Shown: in pieces, positions 9,890 to 20,040 of the stretch
How positions within the stretch are numbered: the stretch's first letter is position 1
Layout of the letters: every line of letters starts with the position of its first letter
Source: Alphaproteobacteria bacterium
GTDB taxonomy: Bacteria > Pseudomonadota > Alphaproteobacteria > RF32 > CAG-239
Assembly: GCA_015062435.1 (NCBI GenBank)
Contig: SUUR01000003.1
Location: 8,184 to 72,183 of the forward strand
Length of the DNA stretch: 64,000 nucleotides
Reading direction: 5' to 3'
Made by a program: the position numbers and the translations under genes
Notes under the pieces: model-generated
The model's input: only the letters and a program-made list of their open reading frames with translations
The model's database searches: none
What the model was told of the DNA's origin: nothing

Positions 9890-10095
9890 ATAACATAGCC
9901 CTAATATTCTAACTTTCTTGTAAAAAAAACCTTAATAAACAAATAAATAATACCAAATATCTATATTTTTTCATATTAAGCACTTTAAATTTACTCTATC
10001 ACGATTATCTAAGTTTCATAAACTGCTTAATTAGACAGTTTTTAATACGGACGTAAAGTTTATGAAATAACTTATTTTTAAATGGAGTTAAGAAT

Positions 10096-10671
10096 ATGAA
10101 TAAAAGTTTATTACTCGCCGGTGTCGCTTGTTTAATGGCAACTTCAGCTAATGCTGGTATGATGGATTCAATGAAAAAAGCTTATCACGATATGACACCT
10201 TATATCGGTGCAGATTATGCATACAGTAATCTAGATCTCAAAGGACCGGCAAAAGGTTCGGAAGAAAATTTCAATACAGCTAAAATTAATGCCGGTGTTG
10301 ATATTGGTAAATACATGGGTTTAGAAGCATTTTACCAATTTGGCGGTTCTCGTAAAGCTCACCTCAAAGATGGAACAACCAGTAAGTTCAAATTCAATGC
10401 CTATGGTTTAGATTTATATGGTTACATGCCTTTAGGTTGCGCACAAAAATTCAGCCTTGTCGGAACAGCAGGTATTGCAATGTATGATACAGAGCTAAAA
10501 CATAACGATAAAGTATCTAAGAGTCGTGTCGGATACCGTGTAGGCGGTGGTGCTCAATACAAGATGACAGATAGGTTAGCCGCCAGAGTTATTGGAAGAT
10601 ATGGTTACGTAGGAGGTAAAGAGCTTAACCACGTTGCCGAAGTAACCGCAGGTTTAAGATACTCTTTCTAA
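10096..10671 (+). CDS. Outer-membrane beta-barrel protein (OmpA-like/Omp25-like porin family)
   Basis: 191 aa. Signal peptide ...SANA, alternating amphipathic strands and a C-terminal ...GLRYSF. Confidence 0.7.
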   Translation: MNKSLLLAGVACLMATSANAGMMDSMKKAYHDMTPYIGADYAYSNLDLKGPAKGSEENFNTAKINAGVDIGKYMGLEAFYQFGGSRKAHLKDGTTSKFKFNAYGLDLYGYMPLGCAQKFSLVGTAGIAMYDTELKHNDKVSKSRVGYRVGGGAQYKMTDRLAARVIGRYGYVGGKELNHVAEVTAGLRYSF

Positions 10672-10693
10672 AGCTATTTACTAGCTTCTTTCA

Positions 10694-10730
10694 AAAAAGT
10701 CGCCTTTATGTTTCATGAAGGCGGCTTTTA
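10694..10730. terminator. Hairpin shared by convergent genes, stronger on the minus strand
   Basis: AAAGTCGCCTT (10696-10706) pairs with AAGGCGGCTTT (10718-10728), with one G-U pair. The A6 upstream becomes a T-run on the minus strand. Confidence 0.6.
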
Positions 10731-12485
10731 ATGATGACACACAAAAATCATTCCTTCAACCGGTATGTTGTTTTCACAACGAAGAATTGTTTTTTCCTTT
10801 ATAATATTTCTAAATCCGTTTTCATATAATAAATTATCAATATACTCAGGATTGTGCTTATACCTGCCACTTTCTGAAATTTTATATTTTTCGCATTTTT
10901 CAGATGTTTCAACGGAAAATAATAAATTATTGTTTTTAAGTGATTTTACAATAAGAGATAAGTCTCCTATATACCCCAAAACATCAGCACAAACCACCCA
11001 ATCAAAATCATTGTTATTTTGTATAAACTCAATAATATCGGCTTTAATCAATTTATCATAAACTTTTTTGGTTGCTGCCCTATCTATCATTTTTTGACTG
11101 ATATCTACTCCGATAATTTTATTCCTATCATTTTTAAGAGCCTGACCGACAAGCCCCGTACCACACCCCAAATCCAAGATACGACCTTCCAAAGATCCTG
11201 CAATTCTTCCCATAGCCAACGGCACTGAATAACCCAAATTCTGCATAACCAGTTCATAATTATCAGCAAAATGGTCAAACAACTTTTTAGCATAAATTTT
11301 ATTATCTTCAAAATCTTCTCCCTTAAAAGTCGCATACAAATGTTGAGCAAAAATATTTGTTTTATGACTATTAAACCAGTTTTCTGCAATTTTAAAAGCT
11401 TTTTCTTTGTCTGTTTCAGCCAATATCATTAAAGTTTCACTTATATTGATGGATATTTCATCGGCATTTGGAGAATAATTCAATGCATTAAATAATAACC
11501 CCAAAGCTTCATCAAATTCGCCGACATCTCTTAATATCAATGCCAAATTATTACAAACTTCAGCAGATTTATGATTAATAATAACTGCCGCACGATATTC
11601 TTCCAAAGCTTCTGCTTTTCGTCCTTGCCTTTGTAACATTTCTGCATAATTATTATGAACTTCAAAATTTTTGGCATCTGCTTGCAAAAGTTTTTTGTAT
11701 CGCACCTCAGCTTCTTCAAAATTACTTTCTTTACTGTAAATATCCGCTAAACCTCTGATAGCTTCGATATTAAAGGGATTAATTAATTCTGCTTTGGCAA
11801 AATATATTTTTGCATTTTCAAATTGTTTATCAATGCAAGCGAGTTTACCGAGTAAAACTCGAACATTATCATCTGTGGGAGCCAGTTCTTTAGCCTTTAT
11901 GGCACAATTCCAAGATTTATTAAAATCCTTATTCTCAAAATATAAGCAAGCCAAACCATAAAAAACCATACTGCTGTTTGCAAATTCAATAGTAAGTTTT
12001 TTCATATCTTCAATAGCTTTAGCCATATTTTCTTTTTTGAAACTCATCGCCAAATTGACTTTTGCTTCCACAAAATTTTTATCTGACGATATTGCGTACT
12101 GCCAATTTTTTCTTGCTTCAGCAATATCATTTTTCTGCCAATATAACAAGGCTATTTCATTATAGGTTTCTTTGATTTCCGGCCTTAATTCTCTTATTTT
12201 CAAAAAATATTTCATTGCTTCTGCGTGCTGATTATCAGCTTTTAGAGAAAACGCCAGATTATACATAATTGGAATATCATCATGCTTTATCCGCAAAGCA
12301 TTCATAAATAATGCACAAGCTTCTCGATGCAATTCCTTAGCTTGAGCAATTAATCCCAACAAATTGAGAATATCCGGATTATCCGGAACAGCTTCTAATA
12401 TTTGTCGATATATTTTTTCAGCCTGATCCAGTTGTCCTTCTTCATGCAAACAAAGTGCATTTTTTAGCATCAAATCATAAGACAT
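10728..12485 (-). CDS. TPR-repeat protein fused to a class I SAM-dependent methyltransferase
   Basis: 585 aa. The N-terminal ~400 aa are TPR-like repeats. The C-terminal part carries motif I ILDLGCGTGLVG. Confidence 0.75.
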   Translation of the reverse strand: MSYDLMLKNALCLHEEGQLDQAEKIYRQILEAVPDNPDILNLLGLIAQAKELHREACALFMNALRIKHDDIPIMYNLAFSLKADNQHAEAMKYFLKIRELRPEIKETYNEIALLYWQKNDIAEARKNWQYAISSDKNFVEAKVNLAMSFKKENMAKAIEDMKKLTIEFANSSMVFYGLACLYFENKDFNKSWNCAIKAKELAPTDDNVRVLLGKLACIDKQFENAKIYFAKAELINPFNIEAIRGLADIYSKESNFEEAEVRYKKLLQADAKNFEVHNNYAEMLQRQGRKAEALEEYRAAVIINHKSAEVCNNLALILRDVGEFDEALGLLFNALNYSPNADEISINISETLMILAETDKEKAFKIAENWFNSHKTNIFAQHLYATFKGEDFEDNKIYAKKLFDHFADNYELVMQNLGYSVPLAMGRIAGSLEGRILDLGCGTGLVGQALKNDRNKIIGVDISQKMIDRAATKKVYDKLIKADIIEFIQNNNDFDWVVCADVLGYIGDLSLIVKSLKNNNLLFSVETSEKCEKYKISESGRYKHNPEYIDNLLYENGFRNIIKEKTILRCENNIPVEGMIFVCHH

Positions 12486-12690
12486 TTTAACACATAAAAT
12501 TTATTATTTTAGGTATCATACACATAATCACCACAAAAATCCACTATTTTAAATAAAAAAAGCTTGATTTTAAGTAATTATTGATATACATTGCCCTCAC
12601 TTCCGGGAATGAAGGCGGAACAACCGTCTCGTTTGGTAAGATAAACCAAAACTACCGGGACAATAACATTTAATAATAAAGGATTACAAC

Positions 12691-13302
12691 ATGAAAAGTA
12701 TCGTTTCTGCAAAGAAGAAAAAAGAACGCCAATATGGCACTATCTGGGGCGCTGCCAATAGCTCTGTTGCTAAAAGAGAATACGCACCGGGTCAACATGG
12801 TCAACGTCGTAAAAAACCTACTGACTATGGTACACAACTTTCAGCTAAACAAAAATTGAAAACCTACTATGGTAACGTTTCTGAAAAACAATTCCACAAA
12901 TATTATGTTGAAGCAATTCGTCGTTCTGGTGACGCTGCTGAAAACTTGATTGGTATTTTGGAATCTCGTCTTGATAATTTGGTATATAAAGCAAAATTTG
13001 TACCCACAGTTTTTGCTGCTCGTCAATTTGTAAATCACGGTCATGTTACCGTTAACGGCAAAAAAGTTAACATTCCTTCATACATGGTTAAAGTAGGAGA
13101 TGTTATTGAAGTAGCATCAAAAGCAAAACAAATGCCTTTGGTTATTGCAGCTATGGAATCTTCTAATCGTGACTTCCCCGGATATTTGGAAGTTGATAGC
13201 AAGAAATTTAGTGCAAAATATTCTTATGTACCTAAATTTGATGATGTTCCGTACGCTTCTGTTATGGAACCGAACTTGGTTATCGAGTTCTACTCAAGAT
13301 AA
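12691..13302 (+). CDS. rpsD: 30S ribosomal protein S4
   Basis: 203 aa. Contains [15 protein letters not shown] and an S4 domain ([11 protein letters not shown]...[17 protein letters not shown]). Confidence 0.95.
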   Translation: MKSIVSAKKKKERQYGTIWGAANSSVAKREYAPGQHGQRRKKPTDYGTQLSAKQKLKTYYGNVSEKQFHKYYVEAIRRSGDAAENLIGILESRLDNLVYKAKFVPTVFAARQFVNHGHVTVNGKKVNIPSYMVKVGDVIEVASKAKQMPLVIAAMESSNRDFPGYLEVDSKKFSAKYSYVPKFDDVPYASVMEPNLVIEFYSR

Positions 13303-13315
13303 TTTTACAAATTTC

Positions 13316-13360
13316 AAAAAGATCCTCAGAAGTTGTGCAAACTCTGAGGATTTTTGTTTT
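13316..13360 (+). terminator. Rho-independent terminator of rpsD
   Basis: ATCCTCAGA (13322-13330) pairs with TCTGAGGAT (13343-13351), followed by TTTTTGTTTT. Confidence 0.8.
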
Positions 13361-13420
13361 AAAATTTAATATTATTTATATAATAAAAGTAAATTCAATA
13401 AAATATTTTAGGATAAAAAG

Positions 13421-15841
13421 ATGGAAGATGTTTTTTTAAGTGACCCGAGACAAACGTCTGCTAAGGAAATCGTAAAAAAGAAAAAAAACAGCAAAAATCG
13501 TCGTCGTTTCAAACATTACTTATTTGATTTGATTGTCAAATCTCTGATTGTTGCATCTTTATTGGCTATAAATTTTACCCTGTTTGCCGAATCTGGAAGT
13601 TATAATTTATTTCTCCCTACCGGAAAAATATCTCCGGAAGCATATTGGCTTTACACCGCTATATTAAGCACATCACTCTGTTGCATGTTTTTAGTTTCAT
13701 TTTCCGTTACATTGCAAAACATACTTGTATCTGCCATTGCCGGACTTTTTGCTTTATCCATGCTCAACCAATTTGCCTTATTTGATATAAATTCATTTTT
13801 AGCACACTACTTAGGAGGGGATAACAATTTATTAAGCAATATTTTTGAAAACTTTTCGCATTTAATTGTTTGTGGAATAATTTTCATTATTGTTTGGTTT
13901 GTATTCAGTATTTCTCATCGTCAAATACAATTTTACACCTTAGTTCTGCTACTGATGATTCAGGGAGGCCTTTTATCTGATGCCTATTTCAACCCTAACA
14001 TCAAAATTTTTGAACCTAAAGCATATCTTAATGATGAAAGTACTCATCCGGAAAGCAATAATATCATATACATAGCTCTACCCAATGCATCAACTTTCAC
14101 TAATTTAAAAAAACTTGATCCCAAAGGTAGAAATAATGATATAAAACAAGCTGCTGAAAACATCTTAGGCTTTTATCTGCAAAACAATTTCACTTACTAT
14201 CCTAATGCCTATCTTCACAATATAGGATTACCGTTTATCAATTTATCAGAGAGTCTTAATCTCAATCATACAGATTCTATGGATGAAATACTTCTTTCTG
14301 AAATAGTTGTAAACGGATATTGGGATTTTAAGCATCTCAAACAAGAAAACATCTATTTACGCCACAATCGTTTATTTGACAGATTTCACAAACAAGACTA
14401 CAATCTCAGAATATATCAAGGACAAGGAATAGAGTTATGCTCAATTAACAACAATCTGTCAGTAAATCGTTGTCTTCAAAAAGTAGCTTATCCGATTAAC
14501 TTATCCGATACCAAATTAAACTTTGAGCAAAAAGTATCACTACTTGCAACTCAATGGCTTGAAAGCACAGGAATAATATCCGGAATAAATCCTGTATTAG
14601 GTATATTTTCGGCATTTAACAGCGAGGTTACACCGCTTCGGTTCTCCAGCAAAGAACTACATTCATTCAACGCATTTAAAACGCTTGATATTATTGCTGA
14701 AGACATTATAACGGATAAAGGTAACAATTTTTACTTCACGGTTTTAGACCTGCCATCAGAACTCTATCTTTATGATAGTCTTTGCAATCTTAAACCGCTA
14801 TCTCGTTGGGTTAGTTCAACAGATAAAAGCACCAATAAAAATATGCAATATTCTGCCTACGCAGAACAAACAAGTTGTCTTTACGGTAAACTTGAAAGTT
14901 TTATCAGAAAACTTGAACAGAATCAAAAATTGAAAAATACTACCATAATTATAGAAGGAATTAGTCCGGCATTTCCGGCACTACCCGGCATAGAAAAAGA
15001 TCTGTTTAAATCTCTGCAAAGTAACAAACAAGCAGGATTAGCAATATATAACAATTTATATCCTCAAGCGAATATAGATACCAGAGCATGCTTATCATCA
15101 TCAATATTGAGAAACCATTTTAATCAGCAAAATGATTGTATCGAATTTGAGGATTTTTCATTGACTGACCAACTTAAAGATGAGATGTTACAAAAAGCTA
15201 AAGAACAAGCCTTAGATAATCAAACAACTGATAATGCAAAAAAATCTTTCAATACATGGTATCAAACATGGGCTGCATACAATCAGATAGACATTACTCC
15301 GGAGGAACAAGTAATTCCTTTGGAAAAACTTCCACAAAATACAATCGTTGCAGAAAAAGAAATATCAAAAGTTGCCGTTAGCGAAGCTGATGAGCTTCCT
15401 CAAGAAGCAAAGACCAAACCTTTAGATGCAAAGATTGTAAATACATCTTCTGATATAGAAAATGACAATCTACCAAAAACAGATAAAGATTCATCTTCCA
15501 CAGAAACAACAAAAGATATTTCTATAACAACCTCTTCATCAACAGAAAAAGTTGAAAATATCCAAAAAACAGAAGAAGTCGAAAAAACTTTACCAAAATT
15601 AGATTTAGACAAACCTTTGCTTAAACCTGAGCAATTAAAAAAAGAATTTAAATCCAAACAATCAGATATTGAAAAAAAATCTGAAACAGTAGTACAAACC
15701 ACATCATCAAAAGCAATAAACAACATGAAACAAGAAGTGAATGTTGAAGTTAAAGTTATTGAAAACACCAAAGCACAAGATGTTGTTCCACCGGCTTTAC
15801 TTGGTGAAATTCGATATAAAGATGCTACAACCGATAACTAA
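13421..15841 (+). CDS. Large membrane protein: 5 N-terminal TM helices, a large extracytoplasmic domain (LtaS/EptA-like architecture) and a low-complexity K/E/S/T-rich tail
   Basis: 806 aa. TM helices lie within aa ~35-185. The last ~200 aa are low complexity. The sulfatase-fold assignment rests on architecture only. Confidence 0.45.
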   Translation: MEDVFLSDPRQTSAKEIVKKKKNSKNRRRFKHYLFDLIVKSLIVASLLAINFTLFAESGSYNLFLPTGKISPEAYWLYTAILSTSLCCMFLVSFSVTLQNILVSAIAGLFALSMLNQFALFDINSFLAHYLGGDNNLLSNIFENFSHLIVCGIIFIIVWFVFSISHRQIQFYTLVLLLMIQGGLLSDAYFNPNIKIFEPKAYLNDESTHPESNNIIYIALPNASTFTNLKKLDPKGRNNDIKQAAENILGFYLQNNFTYYPNAYLHNIGLPFINLSESLNLNHTDSMDEILLSEIVVNGYWDFKHLKQENIYLRHNRLFDRFHKQDYNLRIYQGQGIELCSINNNLSVNRCLQKVAYPINLSDTKLNFEQKVSLLATQWLESTGIISGINPVLGIFSAFNSEVTPLRFSSKELHSFNAFKTLDIIAEDIITDKGNNFYFTVLDLPSELYLYDSLCNLKPLSRWVSSTDKSTNKNMQYSAYAEQTSCLYGKLESFIRKLEQNQKLKNTTIIIEGISPAFPALPGIEKDLFKSLQSNKQAGLAIYNNLYPQANIDTRACLSSSILRNHFNQQNDCIEFEDFSLTDQLKDEMLQKAKEQALDNQTTDNAKKSFNTWYQTWAAYNQIDITPEEQVIPLEKLPQNTIVAEKEISKVAVSEADELPQEAKTKPLDAKIVNTSSDIENDNLPKTDKDSSSTETTKDISITTSSSTEKVENIQKTEEVEKTLPKLDLDKPLLKPEQLKKEFKSKQSDIEKKSETVVQTTSSKAINNMKQEVNVEVKVIENTKAQDVVPPALLGEIRYKDATTDN

Positions 15842-15852
15842 AAGGCTTAACA

Positions 15853-16881
15853 TTGTTATTTGATAAGATAACCGAAAACAGACATTGGCAATCATTCTGC
15901 ACCAATCGCAGAGCGTTTTACTCGTTAATGATAATAATCGGCGTATTCATTTTCACACTATTAGCTGAAATCATTGCCAATGACAAACCGTTATTTGTAA
16001 AATATCATGGAAATTATTATTTTCCTGTTTTTAAAACTTACTCCGAACAAACTTTTGGAGGAGATTTTCCAACACCTGCCGACTATCATGACCCTTTAAT
16101 TCGTAGAAACATAGAGCAAAACGGCTATATAATTTTTCCCATTATTCCTTTTTCGTTCAATACGGTTGATTATGAACTGAATCAACCAACTCCAGCTCCT
16201 CCGTCTTCTAAACATTGGCTTGGAACAGATGATGAGGGAAGGGATATTTTTGTTCGCATAGTTTATGGTGTCAGATTATCTGTAATATTTGCATTTTTAT
16301 TAACCGGCATAAGTTCCGTATTAGGTATCATTAGTGGAGCCATACAAGGCTATTTCGGAGGAAAAACGGATCTAATATTTCAAAGGATATTAGAAATTTG
16401 GGAATCATTACCTCAATTATTTGTATTAATAATCATAGCCAGTATATTTATTCCCACCTTTTGGAGCTTGCTGATTATAATGTTGGCATTCACTTGGATG
16501 AGTTTAACTGGGGTAGTGAGAGCAGAATTTTTAAGAGCCAGAAACTTTGAATACGTTAAAGCAGCCAAAGCTCTGGGGGTTAGTAACATACGTATAATAT
16601 TTCGCCATATTTTACCTAATGCAATTGTTGCATCAATAACTTTTATCCCTTTCATCTTATCAGAAGCAATAATATCTTTAACGGCATTAGATTTTTTAGG
16701 ATTTGGTCTACCGCATGATTACCCGTCATTAGGAGATTTAGTCAGACAAGGAAAAGACAATCTTCAAGCACCTTGGATTGGAGTTTCCATATTTGTAGTT
16801 TTATCTGGTATGTTAACTATGCTGATATTTATAGGAGAGGGAGTTAGAGATGCTTTTGACAGTAGGAGAAGTATCAAATGA
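15853..16881 (+). CDS. ABC transporter permease, YejE-like (peptide/opine family)
   Basis: 342 aa. Has the long periplasmic loop after TM1 typical of YejE, then WLGTDDEGRDIF. A predicted TTG start lies 11 nt after the preceding stop. Confidence 0.8.
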   Translation: MLFDKITENRHWQSFCTNRRAFYSLMIIIGVFIFTLLAEIIANDKPLFVKYHGNYYFPVFKTYSEQTFGGDFPTPADYHDPLIRRNIEQNGYIIFPIIPFSFNTVDYELNQPTPAPPSSKHWLGTDDEGRDIFVRIVYGVRLSVIFAFLLTGISSVLGIISGAIQGYFGGKTDLIFQRILEIWESLPQLFVLIIIASIFIPTFWSLLIIMLAFTWMSLTGVVRAEFLRARNFEYVKAAKALGVSNIRIIFRHILPNAIVASITFIPFILSEAIISLTALDFLGFGLPHDYPSLGDLVRQGKDNLQAPWIGVSIFVVLSGMLTMLIFIGEGVRDAFDSRRSIK

Positions 16882-18425
16882 GCTTATTATCCATTCATAA
16901 TCTTACCGTCAGTTTCAATAATTCTGATAACAAAGTTGTCAATAATGTCAGTTTAGAGGTAGATAAGCAAGAAATTTTAGGAATAGTAGGAGAATCAGGT
17001 TCAGGAAAAACCATTACAGCGTTATCAATTTTAGGGTTGCAACCGACACCTCAGGCAACAATCCACAGCAATTCATCAATAAAATTCAAAGATATAGAGC
17101 TAATTAACAATCCAAAACTTCAACTTTTCAGAGGTGGTAAAATCGGTTTTATATTTCAAGAACCCATGTCATCACTCAACCCGCTACACACCATAGAGCA
17201 TCAGATATCTGAAACCCTGATACTACATAATAATTTAAGTAAAAAACAGGCTAAAAAAGAAACATTACGCCTATTAAAAGTAACCGGAATAAAAAATGCC
17301 AAACAACGCATGCATTCATATCCGCATGAACTTTCCGGTGGACAAAGACAAAGAGTTATGATTGCAATGGCTATCGCCAATAAGCCGGAACTGATTATTG
17401 CAGATGAACCTACAACAGCATTAGACGTAACCATACAAGAACAAATCATCAAACTTCTGACAAAACTTCGCCAAGAGTATGGAATTGCTATAATATTTAT
17501 CAGTCACGATCTTCATTTAGTACAGAAGATAGCAGACAAAATAGCTGTTATGAAAGATGGAAAAATAGTAGAGCAGGGTACATGCCGGCAGATTTTTGAA
17601 AACCCATCAAATTCTTATACTAAAAAGTTAATATCGTCATATAATTTATTGATAGAACATAATAAAAAGAATGAAACCATTGTTGCGAATCTTAATAATG
17701 TTTGTGTAAGATTTCCAATAAAAAAGAATTTCTTTGGAAAAACAACTCAATACATCAATGCAGTAGATAATATTACACTATCAATAAAAAGAGGACAAAC
17801 TCTTGGTATTGTTGGAGAATCCGGCTCAGGAAAAACCACTTTAGGACAAGCGATATGTCGCTTAATTCCTTTTTCCGGAAATATAACAATTAACGATAAC
17901 CAAATAAAATGGTCAAAATATGTTCAAATAGTTTTTCAAGATCCATACACTTCATTAAACCCCAGAATGACCATTGAACAAATAATTAAAGAGGGAATCA
18001 ATGTTCACTTTCCTCATATGCAAGATGCTGAAAAAAATAGTCTTATCGTTAATGCTTTAAATGAAGTTGGTTTAACAAGTGATTGTTTATTAAGATATCC
18101 TCACGAGTTTTCAGGCGGACAAAGACAGAGAATAGCCATAGCCAGAGCATTGATTGTCAGACCTCAAATTTTAGTATTAGACGAACCGACATCTGCATTA
18201 GACGTTACAATTCAATCACAAATATTAGAATTACTCTCTCTTATTCAACATCAACGCAACCTAAGCTATATATTTATTTCTCATGATATGCGAGTTATCA
18301 AAGCTATTTCTCACGATATCGCAGTAATGAAAGATGGAAAAATAATAGAGCAGGGCACATGTCAACAAATTTTTGAAAATCCGCAACAAGAATATACAAA
18401 ACAATTAATTAGAGCATCTATTTAA
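16878..18425 (+). CDS. ABC transporter ATP-binding protein with two ATPase domains, YejF-like
   Basis: 515 aa. Two Walker A motifs (GESGSGKT twice), two LSGGQRQR signatures and two Walker B motifs. Confidence 0.85.
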   Translation: MSLLSIHNLTVSFNNSDNKVVNNVSLEVDKQEILGIVGESGSGKTITALSILGLQPTPQATIHSNSSIKFKDIELINNPKLQLFRGGKIGFIFQEPMSSLNPLHTIEHQISETLILHNNLSKKQAKKETLRLLKVTGIKNAKQRMHSYPHELSGGQRQRVMIAMAIANKPELIIADEPTTALDVTIQEQIIKLLTKLRQEYGIAIIFISHDLHLVQKIADKIAVMKDGKIVEQGTCRQIFENPSNSYTKKLISSYNLLIEHNKKNETIVANLNNVCVRFPIKKNFFGKTTQYINAVDNITLSIKRGQTLGIVGESGSGKTTLGQAICRLIPFSGNITINDNQIKWSKYVQIVFQDPYTSLNPRMTIEQIIKEGINVHFPHMQDAEKNSLIVNALNEVGLTSDCLLRYPHEFSGGQRQRIAIARALIVRPQILVLDEPTSALDVTIQSQILELLSLIQHQRNLSYIFISHDMRVIKAISHDIAVMKDGKIIEQGTCQQIFENPQQEYTKQLIRASI

Positions 18426-18444
18426 ACAAGAAAGGACAAACAAA

Positions 18445-18789
18445 ATGAGTAAAACAAAAGTATATTTTGGAATTTTAATCGCAGTCATATCCGTTATTGC
18501 AGTCGGTTTTATTATGAATATTGATATAATTACATCTTTTACTCACAAATGCTTAAATTATGCCGGTCAAAACATCTTATCCGTAAGTGCGGCAATTTGT
18601 GCGTTTCTGTTTTTGGGAAATAAAAATTATTGGCTTATAATACTTGCTTGCGCAGCTATTACAGCATTAATCATTCAGTCTGTTATTATTGCCGGAAGTC
18701 TAAATGTGATCAATTTAAGCGCCATGATATTAACTTTTATGGCTATTGTGTTTTTAATGAACTTTGCCAAACTACTAATTAACAAATGA
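18445..18789 (+). CDS. Small integral membrane protein, hypothetical
   Basis: 114 aa with 3-4 predicted TM helices. Preceded by AGGA 9 nt upstream. Confidence 0.45.
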   Translation: MSKTKVYFGILIAVISVIAVGFIMNIDIITSFTHKCLNYAGQNILSVSAAICAFLFLGNKNYWLIILACAAITALIIQSVIIAGSLNVINLSAMILTFMAIVFLMNFAKLLINK

Positions 18790-19020
18790 TAAAGCCGCAG
18801 AATATCTGTCAAAAAAAAGAAAGTAAATAAAACTCAAATAATTATATACGTTTTTTGACTAAAATATACGAACAATAACTTCATATTGGCTAAACTGTTG
18901 ATTTTTGAAAGGGTAGACCTAAATGCAAAAACTCACATATCATTCTCAATTTAGTAAGCTTTTGTCGCATAATATATATTATGGATACTTAAGTGTGGTT
19001 TTTAGAGTGGTGTTATTCTT

Positions 19021-19950
19021 TTATGATAATTCATCACAAAAGATTCTTTTTATAGTTTTAAATAAAAGTTTACCGCAATGTCCAAACTCAGGAACAATTA
19101 CAAGACGAGATTTTCTTAACGCTTTGTGTAATTCATAAGCACCTTTAACCGGACATACAAAATCCAATCTATTGTGCACAATAACTGTCGGAATATCTTT
19201 TATCTTTTTTATATCTTTTAATATATCACAATCACTTTTCATAAAGAAATCATTTACTCGATAATGCATAAAAATCCTAAGCTCAGCCAAAGTTTTTTCA
19301 TCTAACTTTGTACAGTTATTCCATCTGGGATTCAAACTGCAACAAACACGTTCGTACCAACCATAAAAATTTGCAGCATCTAATTGTTTCTTTATATTTC
19401 TGGAATTAATTTCATTTGCAAAATATTTTGGTATATCTCCCTTAGCCTTACATTCTAAATCTTCCACAAAATCAGGATAATGCCATCTACACCCCTCAAA
19501 CTCCCACCAAGCATTATCTTTATCGGCCATGAATATTTGAGAAAGCAACATTTTTTCAATTCTTGCAGGATATTTTTCAGCAAACAGCAACGCTAAGGTT
19601 GATCCCCAAGATGCTCCTCTTAATATTATTTTATCATTTATTTTCAAGTAATTAAGCAGCCTATCAGCATCATCAATTAAATCATTGGTTGTATTATTTT
19701 CAAGTTTACCCAATGGTTGTGAATTATTACACCCTCTTTGATCAAACATTATAATTCTATATTTATTTAAATTTGCAAACATTGCATGACGAGGACGAGC
19801 CCCTCCTCCCGGTCCTCCATGAAAAACCAAAATCGGCATACCTTTAGGGTTTCCATATTCGGAATAAAAAACCTTATGGCCGTTTTTTTCAGGAAGATAA
19901 CCTTGATTAAAAGCTCTGGGTTCAAACCATTTTTTCAAAAAACAAAACAT
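19021..19950 (-). CDS. pip: Prolyl aminopeptidase (proline iminopeptidase, alpha/beta hydrolase)
   Basis: Contains HGGPGGG and the nucleophile elbow GASWGSTL. ATG at 19950 is preferred to the tracked TTG at 19962. Confidence 0.8.
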   Translation of the reverse strand: MFCFLKKWFEPRAFNQGYLPEKNGHKVFYSEYGNPKGMPILVFHGGPGGGARPRHAMFANLNKYRIIMFDQRGCNNSQPLGKLENNTTNDLIDDADRLLNYLKINDKIILRGASWGSTLALLFAEKYPARIEKMLLSQIFMADKDNAWWEFEGCRWHYPDFVEDLECKAKGDIPKYFANEINSRNIKKQLDAANFYGWYERVCCSLNPRWNNCTKLDEKTLAELRIFMHYRVNDFFMKSDCDILKDIKKIKDIPTVIVHNRLDFVCPVKGAYELHKALRKSRLVIVPEFGHCGKLLFKTIKRIFCDELS

Positions 19951-20040
19951 GTTTAACCTCAAATCATTTGCAATTTAACTTACTTTTAAATATATATGTA
20001 TATTATTTTTACGTTTTAATATTAAAAGTAGGGCCAATTC

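Noticed and set aside
18923-19138. 71-aa plus-strand ORF between the small membrane protein gene and pip.
   Set aside because: It overlaps the 3' end of pip in antisense, has no SD and has a low-complexity sequence. It is probably non-coding spacer.
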